Below are positions 37,330 to 47,829 of a stretch of 64,000 bases of DNA, one piece after another. A program made the position numbers and the translations under genes. The first letter of the stretch is position 1, and every line of letters starts with the position of its first letter. The stretch covers positions 24,056,001-24,120,000 of the forward strand of contig NC_042998.1 of NCBI RefSeq assembly GCF_006345805.1. Direction: 5' to 3'. This stretch comes from Octopus sinensis (lineage: Eukaryota). Below the pieces are notes generated by a model. The model had not been told where the DNA came from, did not search any database, and saw only the letters and a program-made list of their open reading frames with translations.

Positions 37330-37870
37330 ATATGCTTTGCTTACTTGCTTATGATGGCCTATCAAAGGTGATAACAGCATTGATCCAAGACTTTCATCCT
37401 CCTGCCTCCAGCGCATTCCTTCTCATGGGAGTGGGCATGGCTGGCTTGGCTGATATGAAATATGTAGATTTGGTGACACTGAGAGCACTGAGAGAAAATT
37501 TGACCAATAGCTGCAGAGTTTGATGACAACATCGCCTCCTCTCTTCATTCATGCAGCATCCTAAATTCTACTCCAGCATCACACACAAAGCTCCATGTCT
37601 TCCGATATGCTGCAGGAGCCTGTAACTGAATGGGTGGGATATCACATAAAATGAGAAACTGCTTGAAAGTGGTCATCTCAGATCACCAGATCAGACAGCA
37701 GTAAATGAGCCATATCAAACCGCTCCAAAATATCCTCTGCCTCACATAGAAGGACGAGGTGCTTTGCACTGAAATCCTCCTGATGGCTAGGATCTGTAGC
37801 ATTAAGGCCTGCATCTTTCATTGACTTCTCTGCTGGATTGGTCATGTGATTTGGATGCTCGAGATAAACC
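37330..37870 (+). mobile_element. Highly degraded RTE-like LINE fragment (different subfamily)
   Basis: TEILLMARICSIKACIF..LLCWIGHVIWM resembles the RTE motif L..A...SI......LRW.GHV.RM. Confidence 0.45.
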
Positions 37871-38163
37871 CGATAATATCCAAAACTACACACACATGCA
37901 CACACACACACACACATACACACACATGCATGCACACACACACATGTATACATTAATATGTTTGGCAATCTTGGAATGGTTGATGTTAGGGCGAGCATCG
38001 AGCTGTAGAAATCATGACAAACCAGACTGGAACCTGGTGCAGCTCTCCAGCTTACCAGTTTCAGTCAGACTGTCTAACAGTTTCGAGAGACTATGGTGGA
38101 TGCGACAGTTGTTTGTCTGGTATGTTGTTTTTGTTCATTCATTATAGATCTTGAACTATGCTT

Positions 38164-38222
38164 GCACCGATGAGTGAAGAGTGCTTATAACTGCACTAAT
38201 TACGAAATCACTGGTGATCTGC
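38164..38222 (+). ncRNA. Type I hammerhead-like motif with CCGAUGA core (U4C)
   Basis: GCA CCGAUGA GU gaag AGUGC(uuauaacu)GCACU aauu AC GAAA UCAC ug GUGA UC UGC. Confidence 0.6.
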
Positions 38223-38462
38223 CGCTAAATTCTGTTTTTAAATGACTTGCTTCGAGACTTGCTTTTGGTACGATATGTTTATTTTAGTAGTTTTGACTTT
38301 AAGACTCTCTCCTAGCGTGTGGCATTTATGTGTAATAATGCCATCTATAAAATAAAAATGAATACATTTAAAGGAAACAAATTGATGGATTTTTTGTCTT
38401 ATGAAGTTTTTCATGCTAACTACTCAATAAATTATAAAGATTTTATCCTATTTTTAAATTAT

Positions 38463-38493
<31 letters not shown>

Positions 38494-38517
38494 CATTTCT
38501 TTTCTGTTCTCCAAGTA

Positions 38518-38628
<111 letters not shown>

Positions 38629-38834
38629 TACATATACATACATATATATATATAATCGATTATAATCAATCTGATGTCTTAATTGCTATTTGTTTACTAT
38701 GTCGCTGTTATTGTTGCTATTTCTCACTAAGTCATCTCTGACTCAGGGACACCTATAACCGAAGAGGGGTGAAACTGGTCAAGTGAATGAGCATCTTTTA
38801 AAATTGCATTTTCAAACCTTCTTTCATATATATA

Positions 38835-39172
38835 ACTTAAACGCCATTTATAAAGGGTCTACTTCCTCTAAAATAAAATTAAGAATCGCCCAGCATATGC
38901 ATTCATTTAAAAATAAAAGCCTAATTAACTCTACAGGGCTTAGCATATACATTTGGGGGCTTAAATCCCAAAGTATTAAGTATGATTTAAGGTGGGAAAT
39001 AATAAATAAGGCCAAATCATATAGTATAGGAGGCAATTATTGTTATTTATGTTCTAATGAGTTTAAAGAAATTATATTTAATGATCATAATAATTTAGTG
39101 AATACTTTGGATGAGTGTATAATTAAATGCAGACACAGGTTACTTTACTTATATAATAAATTTCTAGATTAA
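38835..39172 (+). pseudogene. Penelope-like GIY-YIG endonuclease, C-terminal part
   Basis: IYKGST..KIKLRIAQH..SF......TGLSIYIW.LK......LRWEI......Y.....YCYLC..E..EII......NTLDE....CRH matches the PLE GIY-YIG pattern YxG.T...K.R...H...F...LS..IW.LK...C.LC..E...CRH; the first (GIY) motif is missing. Confidence 0.8.
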
Positions 39173-39508
39173 TAATGACTATATCTAAACCCTATTTTGT
39201 TCATAATTTGTAGATATATGTACTAATATTAATCTAAAATTTAGTATGTGATTTATAATACATATTATATGATTTTATATGTTAAATTAAATTTTATATT
39301 TTATATATTTTGTATATTATATTAATTATATTTATTTTTATGTTTTGATTTATGTTTTTCACTGTTTGATTTGCCTAATAGTGTTTTATCTCTAATTTAA
39401 TATATATATATGTATTAATATTAGTGAAGTTATTTCCAAGTCCACAGGAGAGAGTAGTTCAATTTAGTGGTACTAAAATAAATTACTCACTGTATTATAT
39501 ACATATAA

Positions 39509-39836
39509 ATAGATAGGTTTAAGAGACAGAATCACCCTCAAGCAACTCAATCATTCATTGAATGATATTATCCACGATAGGTACATATAGGACTAAATAT
39601 TAAAAATTATTAAAATTAATATCTACAATTCTTATTCTAAATCATATACATTACATTATATAAACTATGCGCATTTCATGACAACATATTCGTCAATATT
39701 GCTGAAACAGAAAGTCTCGAAAGTCTCGAGATATTAATTTTAATAAATTTTTAATATTTAGTCCTATATGTACCTATCGTGGATAATGTTGTTCAACAGT
39801 GATTGAGTTGGTTGAGAGTGATTCTTTCTCTTAAAC

Positions 39837-39845
<9 letters not shown>
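39509..39845. repeat. ~116-bp inverted repeat (foldback) with ~104-bp spacer
   Basis: 39509-39624 vs the reverse complement of 39729-39845; the inner ~58 bp are nearly perfect. Confidence 0.85.
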
Positions 39846-39917
<72 letters not shown>

Positions 39918-39918
<1 letters not shown>

Positions 39919-42900
39919 TGCCTCCCACTTCCTCAGGGTTGGCACTCTCAACGTTGGCACACTGAAAGGCAGATCTGGTGAGATCGTCGAATTGCTTGAA
40001 CGGAGGTGTGTAGATATATGCTGTATTCAAGAGGTGAGGTGGAGAGGAGGTTCTGCTAGGTTCCTCACGGGTAAAGGACAGAGGTATAAAATTTTCTGGG
40101 CCGGGAATACTGAAGGAGTCGGGGGAGTGGGTATGCTTATTGCCGAAAAATGGGTAGATAAAGTTATCGAGGTAGTCAGAGTATGTGACAGAATATTGAA
40201 GATTAGATTAGTGCTCCATCATAGTTTAGCAACAATTATATCGGCCTATGCCCCTCAGCCAGGGTTACCCGATGGACAGAAAGACCGTTTCTATGACACC
40301 CTACTGCAGACCACCTCATTGACGAACAACAGGGACCTTCTTCTTGTGGCTGGTGACTTCAATGGGCATGTTGGACGATATGCTGAGGGCTTCTATGGCG
40401 TTCATGGAGGCTATGGTTATGGTTCTCGCAATGAGGAGGGAACCAGGCTGCTGGAGTTCTGTGATGCGAATAGTCTTATGGTTTGCAACACTAACTTCAG
40501 GAAACCAACAAGCCACCTGGTCACCTACCGTTCGGGCCAGCATACTAGCAAATCGACTACATCCTTGCCAGAAAAAGGGAAAGATGGCTGCTTATGAATG
40601 CCAAAACTTCCCAGGCGAAGAATGTACCCCACAAAATAGAATGGTAGTCAGTGACTTTAGGATCAGGACTAAGAGGACGACTAGAAGACGACCAACATGG
40701 AGAAGAAGGGTCTGGAAGCTTAAAGATCCTGCTAATGGACAGAGATTTAGAGACATGTTACTTGAAGCCTTCGACGAAATAGAAGGGCGCATAGCTACAA
40801 ATGGTGGTAGAAGATAACTGGGCGCTTCTAAGGGACAACCTGCTGAAAGCCACTGACCAGATCTGTGCTGGTGCAAAGTCCCCACAAGACCCAAAATAAG
40901 TGGTGGTGGAACAATACTGTTGACAGGGCTATTAGACAAAAGAAACAGGCTTGGAAGGACTGGAAGAACGGTGGTAGCAGGGAAGTGTATCAGACTGCAA
41001 GAAGGGAAGCTAGGAGGCAGGTTTATTTAGCCAGAGGGGAAGCAGATAGGAAAAAATTTGCCAATGTCCTGCGCCGTGAGGATGAAAGACTTGAGGTATT
41101 TCGTATAGCAAGACAGTGTGTGAGAGAGAATCGTGACGTGGTAGGAGAAAAATGTGTTCGCACGGATGACGGCTCACTTGCGCTAAATGAGGATGCAAAG
41201 AGAGAGGTTTGGAGAAGCCACTATGAAAGGTTGCTGAATGAGGAAAATGAATGGGATAAAGAGAGTCTGCCGAATGTTGACCCAACAGAGGGACCAGCAA
41301 TCCGAGTTGACAGTTCCTTAGTAGATAAGGCAATTAAAAGCATGAAAACAGGGAAAGCCCCAGGCCCATCAGGAATTACTGCAGAGATGCTCAAAATATC
41401 TGGTAGTGTCGGCTATAGCCTAGTCACCCGTATAGTTAACCAGGTGATACACGAAGGAGTCATTCCCAATGACTGGTGTAGCAGCATAATAGTCAGCTGC
41501 TACAAAGGTAAAGGTGACGCCCTAGATACAAATAGCTACAGGGGTATCAAGCTGCTGGATCAGGTAATGAAGGTTACGGAGAGGGTTATAGCCCAACTAA
41601 TTAGAGAGAGAGTTAGCCTAGATCAGATGCAGTTTGGGTTCGTGCCAGGGAAAAGTACTACTGATGCTATTTTCATGGTAAGACAGCTGCAAGAGAAATA
41701 CCTAGCCAAAGACAAGCCCCTATACCTGGCTTTTGTTGATATGGAGAAAGCCTTCGACAGGGTCCCCCGATCCCTCATCTGGTGGTCAATGAGGAAACTA
41801 GGGATAGATGAATGGTTAGTGAAAGCTGTACAAGCCATGTACAGAGACGCTGCTAGTAAGGTGAGGGTTGGCACCGAGTATAGTGAAGAATTCAGGGTAG
41901 AGGTTGGGGTCCACCAAGGTTCAGTCCTCAGTCCCCTCCTATTTATCATAGTCCTCCAGGCAATAACGGAGGAATTCAAGACAGGATGCCCCTGGGAGCT
42001 CCTCTATGCTGATGACCTTGCTCTAATTGCTGAGTCTCTATCAGAACTAGAGGAGAAGTTTCAGGTATGGAAACAAGGTTTAGAATCGAAGGGCCTTAGA
42101 ATCAACCTAGCCAAAACCAAAGTCCTAATAAGTAGGAAGGTAGACCAATCACAAACGCCTTCAGGTAGATGGCCTTGCTCAATCTGTAGAAAAGGTGTAG
42201 GTAGAAACTCTATAAGATGCACCAAGTGTAAGCTATGGACACATAAGAGGTGCAGCAATGTCAAAGGAAGGCTAACTAGGAAGATGGTTTTTGTATGTGG
42301 CAGATGCTCAGGAACAATTAACACTAAAGATGCTCTGAGACCAACTTCCGTCACTTTCCAGGGAGAAAAGCTAGAAGTAGTTGATAGTTTCCGTTACCTA
42401 GGTGACCAAGTCAGTAGCGGGGGCGGGTGCGCTGAGAGTATAACCGCTAGAGTAAGAATAGCCTGGGCAAAGTTTAGAGAGCTCTTACCTCTGCTGGTGA
42501 CAAAAGGCCTCTCGCTCAAAGTAAAAGGCAGACTGTATGATGCATGTGTACGTACAGCCATGCTACATGGAAGTGAAACTTGGGCTGTGACTGCTGAGGA
42601 TTTGCGTAAGCTCGCAAGAAATGAAGCTAGTATGCTCCGATGGATGTGTAACGTCAGTGTTCATAATCGACAGAGTGTAAGCACCTTGAGAGAAAAGTTG
42701 AACCTAAGAAGTATCAGTTGTTGTGTGCAAGAGAGACGTATGCGCTGGTATGGTCATGTGATGAGAATGGCTGAAGATAGTTGTGTGCGAAAGTGCCACA
42801 CCTGGCAGTTGAGGGGACCTGTGGAAGAGGTAGACCCAGGAAAACCTGGGTCGAGGCGGTGAAGCACGACCTTCGAACTTTAGGTCTCACCAAGGAAATG

Positions 42901-42960
42901 ACCAGTGACCGAGACCTTTGGAGGTATGCTGTGCGTGAGAAAACCCGGCAAGACCAGTGA
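39918..42960 (+). pseudogene. RTE APE-RT-PHD polyprotein ORF interrupted by ~6 single-base indels
   Basis: Reconstructed from ORFs 39803-40597, 40344-40817 and 40865-42862; frameshifts at ~40549, ~40607, ~40806, ~40867, ~40899 and ~42812; true stop TGA at 42958-42960 by alignment with truncated copies. Confidence 0.85.
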
Positions 42961-43010
42961 GAACAGTCAAAATCAAGATCAAACCAAATTGAGGTCGATC
43001 AACATCAGGG

Positions 43011-44198
43011 CCCCCGTGCCGGTGACACGTAAAAGTACCATCCGTTCGTAGCCGTTCGCCAGCCCTGTCTGGCCCCCGTGTAGGTGGCACGTAAAAGCAC
43101 TATCCGTTCGTGTTGCCAGCCTGGCCTGGCCCCCGTGCCGGTGACACGTGAAAGTACCATCCGTTCGTGGCCGTTTGCCAGCTCTGTCTGGCCCCCGTGC
43201 CGGTGACACATAAAAGCACCATCCGTTCGTGGCCGTTTGCCAGCTCTGTCTGGCCCCCGTGCCGGTGACACGTAAATGCACCATCCGTTCGTGGCCGTTT
43301 GCCAGCCCTGTCTGACCCCCATGTCGGTGACATGTAAAAGCACCATCCGTTCGTGTCCGTTGCCAGCCTCGCCTGGCCCCCGTGCCGGTGACACGTAAAA
43401 ACCATCCGTTCGTGGCGTTTGCCAGCCCTGTCTGGCCCCCGTGTCGGTGGCATGTAAAAGCACCATCCGTTCGTGCCCGTTGCCAGCCTCGCCTGCCCCC
43501 GTGCCGGTGACACGTAAAAGCACCATCCGTTCGTGGCCGTTTGCCAGCTCTGTCTGGCCCCCGTGTTGGTGGCACGTAAAAGCACCATCCGTTCGTGTCC
43601 GTTGCCAGCCTCGCCTGGCCCCGTGCCGGTGACACGTAAAAGCACCATCCGTTCGTGCCGTTTGCCAGCCCTGTCTGGCCCACGTGTCGGTGGCATGTAA
43701 AAGCATCATCCGTTCGTGCCCGTTGCCAGCCTCGCCTGGCCCCGTGCCGGTGACACGTAAAAGCACCATCCGTTTCGTGGCCGTTTGCCAGCTCTGTCTG
43801 GCCCCCGTGTTGGTGGCACGTAAAAGCACCATCCGTTCGTGCCTTGCCAGCCTCGCCTGGCCCCGTGCCGGGACGTACGTAAAAGCACCATCCGTTCGTG
43901 GCCGTTTGCCAGCCCTGTCTGCCCACGTGTCTGGTGGCATGTAAAAGCATCATCCGTTCGTGCCCGTTGCCAGCCTCGCCTGACCCCCGTGCCGGTGACA
44001 CGTAAAAGCACCATCCGTTTCGTGGCCATTTGCCAGCTCTGTCTGGGCCCGTGTTGGTGGCACGTAAAAGCACCATCCGTTCGTGTCCGTTGCCAGCCTC
44101 GCCTGGCCCCGTGCCGGTGACACGTAAAAGCACCATCCATTCGTGGCCGTTTGCCAGCTCTGTCTGGCACCTGTGCAGGTGGCACGTAAAAAGCACCC
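43011..44198 (+). repeat. ~61-bp minisatellite (19 units plus a terminal half) in the RTE 3' UTR
   Basis: Unit ccccgtgccggtgacacgtaaaagcaccatccgttcgtggccgtttgccagctctgtctgg; unit starts counted by eye at 43011, 43074, 43131 ... 44107, 44168. Confidence 0.95.
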
Positions 44199-44535
44199 AC
44201 TACACTCACGGAGTGGTTGGCGTTAGGAAGGGCATCCAGCCGTAGAAACACTGCCAGATCTGACTGGGCCTGATGAAGCCTTCCAGCTTCACAGACCCCA
44301 GTTGAACCGTCCAACCCATGCTAGCATGGAGAACGGACGCTAAATGATGATGATGATGATGATGATATATATATATAATACTACTAATAATAATAATAGG
44401 GAATATTATTCCAAACTTACAGGGAAAAATTCAATTTAGAAATACTAAATCAAATTTCACAAAATATAATATATATATATATTAATTAGAAAAAACCCCA
44501 CCTTTTATCAATTCAACAATATTCAACAATATATT

Positions 44536-44600
<65 letters not shown>

Positions 44601-44611
44601 TATGTATATAT

Positions 44612-44771
44612 AGGAGTGGCTGTGTGGTAAGTAGCTTACTAACTAACCACATGGTTCTGGGTTTAGTCCCACTGTGTGGCATCATGGGCAAGTGTCTTCT
44701 GCTATAGCCCCGGGTCGACCAATGCCTTGTGAGTGGATTTGGTAGGCAGAAACTGAAAGAAGCCTGTCGTA

Positions 44772-44822
<51 letters not shown>

Positions 44823-45035
44823 TTGTATGTCTGTGTTTGTCCCTCTAGCATTGCTTGACAACCGATGCTGGTGTGTTTACATCCCTGTCACTTAGCGGTT
44901 TAGCAAAAGAGACTGATAGAATAAGTACTAGGCTTACAAAGAATAAGTCCCGGGGTCGATTTGCTCGACTAAAGGTGGTGCTCCAGCATGGCCGCAGTCA
45001 AATGACTGAAACAAGTAAAAGAGTAAAGAGTAAGA

Positions 45036-45037
<2 letters not shown>
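44612..45037 (+). mobile_element. SINE family A, full length
   Basis: Family A consensus. Confidence 0.9.
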
Positions 45038-45072
<35 letters not shown>

Positions 45073-45222
45073 AATATATATATATACATCTAGTAAAGCC
45101 CATTTCCACATCAAAGTGGCTGTTGAATGTTATTACTAGTTGCTTAACCCTAGGCAGATTCTCTGCTGGCTAGTTATCGATGTGACTCTGCACCCTTTAT
45201 ATACAATATATTGTTAGCAGAG

Positions 45223-45275
<53 letters not shown>

Positions 45276-45455
45276 GTACTGACATTTACATTTAAATATA
45301 TGAGCTCACACAAAGAAATCAACATGCACATACACATATGCAAACAGACGTACACAAAAATGCACACACATACTCTCTCTCTCTCTCTCACACATGCATA
45401 CACACACAAACATGCACGTGCCCATATATCACAGAAGTACAAGTGCTTCTTGTAG

Positions 45456-45647
45456 GATTTCTATCAACGTTTGTTCTCCTTACTTCTTAGTACCTTTATA
45501 GAAGGTGTAGAACTTGGTGCAATAGTACCAGCTTTCAAGAAGAAGCGAGATACGTTTCTAAAACAGTATAATTTAAATGAAAAAGATAATAAGGCCCCTA
45601 AATTATCAACAGGAAATATTTTATTGCCAGATCCGTGTAATGTGTAA
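45456..45647 (+). other. Candidate coding exon (63 codons then stop) of an unknown host gene
   Basis: Acceptor gcttcttgtAG| directly followed by the open frame DFYQRLFSLLLSTFIEGVELGAIVPAFKKKRDTFLKQYNLNEKDNKAPKLSTGNILLPDPCNV*; protein-like composition, no homology recognised. Confidence 0.3.
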
Positions 45648-47267
45648 CACGTTTAATACTTTTAATAAGTTCAGCGTTTCTATAAAGAGAATTTAATCTT
45701 TTGCCCTCACCCATTACAATATAGTATCGCTTCCTATGCTAATCAGTAACAGAAGGGTTAAAAGCTTCTCTCATGCTTCTAAGAGAATCACAACAAGAAA
45801 TATTGCCTGTCTTCTCAGGTTTACAACTGTTTCTGATTGCTTCTAGAAAACCACAAAGGAATAAATTGCTTTTGTGGATAGGTGAGACAAATATATTTAG
45901 AAGATTCTCGGCTACATTCATTGTAATCATACATTAAAGTATATGTGTTTAGATCTTTCTGTATGCATGTACATATTATAGATGTTGTTGTCGTTGTTGT
46001 TGTTGTTGTTTGTATTATTATTACTATCATAAACACAAATACACAAATATCATTGTCCATGGATATAGGAATATTTTGCTTCAAAATATTCAATCTTTGA
46101 AGCAGAAATTAATAGCAGAAATAACTCAAGTAAAAACAGTAATAAACTGGTGCATTTCTTCATTTCAAAGCTAGCACAGTAATCGTTTTTAATGATATTT
46201 CATATAATATACCCACATATACATAAACGTGTGTATGTCTGCATGTGTGCGTGCGTATGTGTGTGTGCATCTACATATATATATATATATATATCACCGT
46301 GATATATATATATATATATATGTATAATATATATATGTAATATATATATAATATATATATATGTGTATGTATGTATGTATGTATGCATGTATGTATACAC
46401 ACATACACACACACATGTTGTACATGCATCTAAATACACATGCATACACACACGTATTTATATCTGATATTGATCGACAAAATCCCAAACTTTAGTTTTG
46501 TTTGATGTTGGGTTTTGGTAACATTTCATCTCTCTGTTGTATAGCATACATTTCATTTCTGTTATGTAGTATACAAAGACTGCGATGTTTGATGCCAAAT
46601 TGTCCTTAATCTATAGCATGTGCAAGCTCATAATAAAACAGATTTTTTTTCTAAAGAACATATTTTATTTATTTTTCTTTTCTGTTTCATGTGTAATTAA
46701 CTCTTTTAATATTTTTTAGTTATTTCTGATTTTAATGATTGGGAAGTCTAGCTTCTATGATAGAGTCTCACATATGTAATATTGAAATACTTTGATGAGA
46801 AGGAATTACCCAGCCAATTAGTTAACAAAATTTTTCCCCCTAGAAGTGCTTTAAAATCTGGGAAAAACAACAAGCAAGGGAGAAAACTCTCATAAAATCA
46901 GTAAAGTGAAGTTTTGGTGCAATGTAGATTGGTGTGGATCTGGTCTTTTAAGGTAACTAGTAAACATAACATTCATATTCATTCTTGTTAGTCATCCTCC
47001 TCATCATCACTTTACATCTGTTTTTTCATGCTGGTATGGGTCAGACAGCTTGACAGAATCTGGTGAGCTGCAGGGCTGTGCTGAGCTCCAGTGTCAGCTT
47101 TGGCATGGTTTCTTCAGCAGGATGCCCTTCCTAATACCAACCACTTTACAGAGTTTTCAGTCATTTGTTTATATTTAAATATTGTCACTTTAAAATCGGA
47201 GAATCGGAGAATAAATATCATTATGATATATATTATATACAGTTATTGTACAGTTGTATATATGTTC

Positions 47268-47303
47268 CTTTCTGTAGAAGAGCGTAGGCACGAAATGTAA
47301 AAG
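47268..47303 (+). ncRNA. Hammerhead-like motif, CUGUAGA core variant, in a short PLE-like repeat
   Basis: CUUU CUGUAGA AGAGC GUAG GCAC GAAAU GUA AAAG; a sister copy lies at 55557-55592. Confidence 0.45.
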
Positions 47304-47514
47304 ACTTTTTCTATTCCTGAGCGTTATACTAATACATCTGTTTGTTTTGTACACCACCTGTCTTTGTCTTTTGTTTTTTTCGTAAACTCTCCCTATATAT
47401 ATATATATATATATAGTTAATCCAAACAAGAAAACACAAAAAAAACACAACAACACAAGGACGTGGAACAAATATAGTATTATTGGACGCTCAGGAAAGA
47501 AGGGAAGAAGGAGG

Positions 47515-47549
47515 GTTTAACGTTTCGAGCGGAGCTCTTCGTCGGAAAC
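47515..47549 (-). ncRNA. Minimal hammerhead-like motif with CCGACGA core (U4C)
   Basis: GUUU CCGACGA A GAGC(ucc)GCUC GAAAC GUU AAAC: stems I and II perfect, palindromic AACGUU stem III. Confidence 0.6.
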
Positions 47550-47624
47550 ATAGGAGAAGGAAAGATCCTGAGAAGGGAAGACAGAGGAAAAAAATCACCA
47601 ATGGTACACATGAGGTCACATTTA

Positions 47625-47655
<31 letters not shown>

Positions 47656-47829
47656 TTATGTATTTATGCAATTGTAATTTTCAGTTCTGTGCCAAGATAA
47701 TTGAAAATTTTGCATATTTGCAATCTTTTCAAAGAGAACATCATAGAATAAGCAACATATTCTGATATTTTCTAAAATAATTCTTCATTCAGATTCATGA
47801 ATCAACATTCTTTTGGTCTCCTTTCTCAT

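Larger units (their letters stand above)
39918..44366 (+). mobile_element. Near-full-length RTE-clade LINE
   Basis: APE (RVGTLNV, IQEVRW, SAYAPQ, GDFNGHVG, IDY, SDF), RT (KAPGPSG, YRGIKLL, QFGF.PG.STTDA, FVDMEKAFD, HQGSVLSPLLF, YADD), RRMRWYGHV, 3'-UTR array, (GAT)n tail at 44345-44366; 5' end truncated at the APE start. Confidence 0.95.

Noticed and set aside
38755-38786. CCGAAGA GGGGU GAAAC UG GUC upstream of the GIY-YIG fragment
   Set aside because: Stem II is absent and stem I is unconvincing; at best a deleted relic.
39676-39720. AUGACAA...GAAAC...GUC in the foldback spacer
   Set aside because: Core position 3, stem II and stem III are all imperfect; too degenerate to call.
43011-44198. 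CRISPR-like appearance of the 61-bp array
   Set aside because: There are no unique spacers, the whole unit repeats, there are no cas genes, and it lies in a LINE 3' UTR in eukaryotic DNA.
44268-44295. CTGATGA in the RTE 3' terminus
   Set aside because: Other copies read ctggtgca here and there is no GAAA; a chance mutation.
42979-44314. Long minus-strand ORFs (up to 405 aa) over the array
   Set aside because: They are antisense translations of a GC-rich tandem repeat; the frame shifts between units, so there is no conserved peptide.
45745-45761. gtaacagaagggTTAA as a piggyBac end
   Set aside because: It mismatches the TIR and has no partner end nearby.
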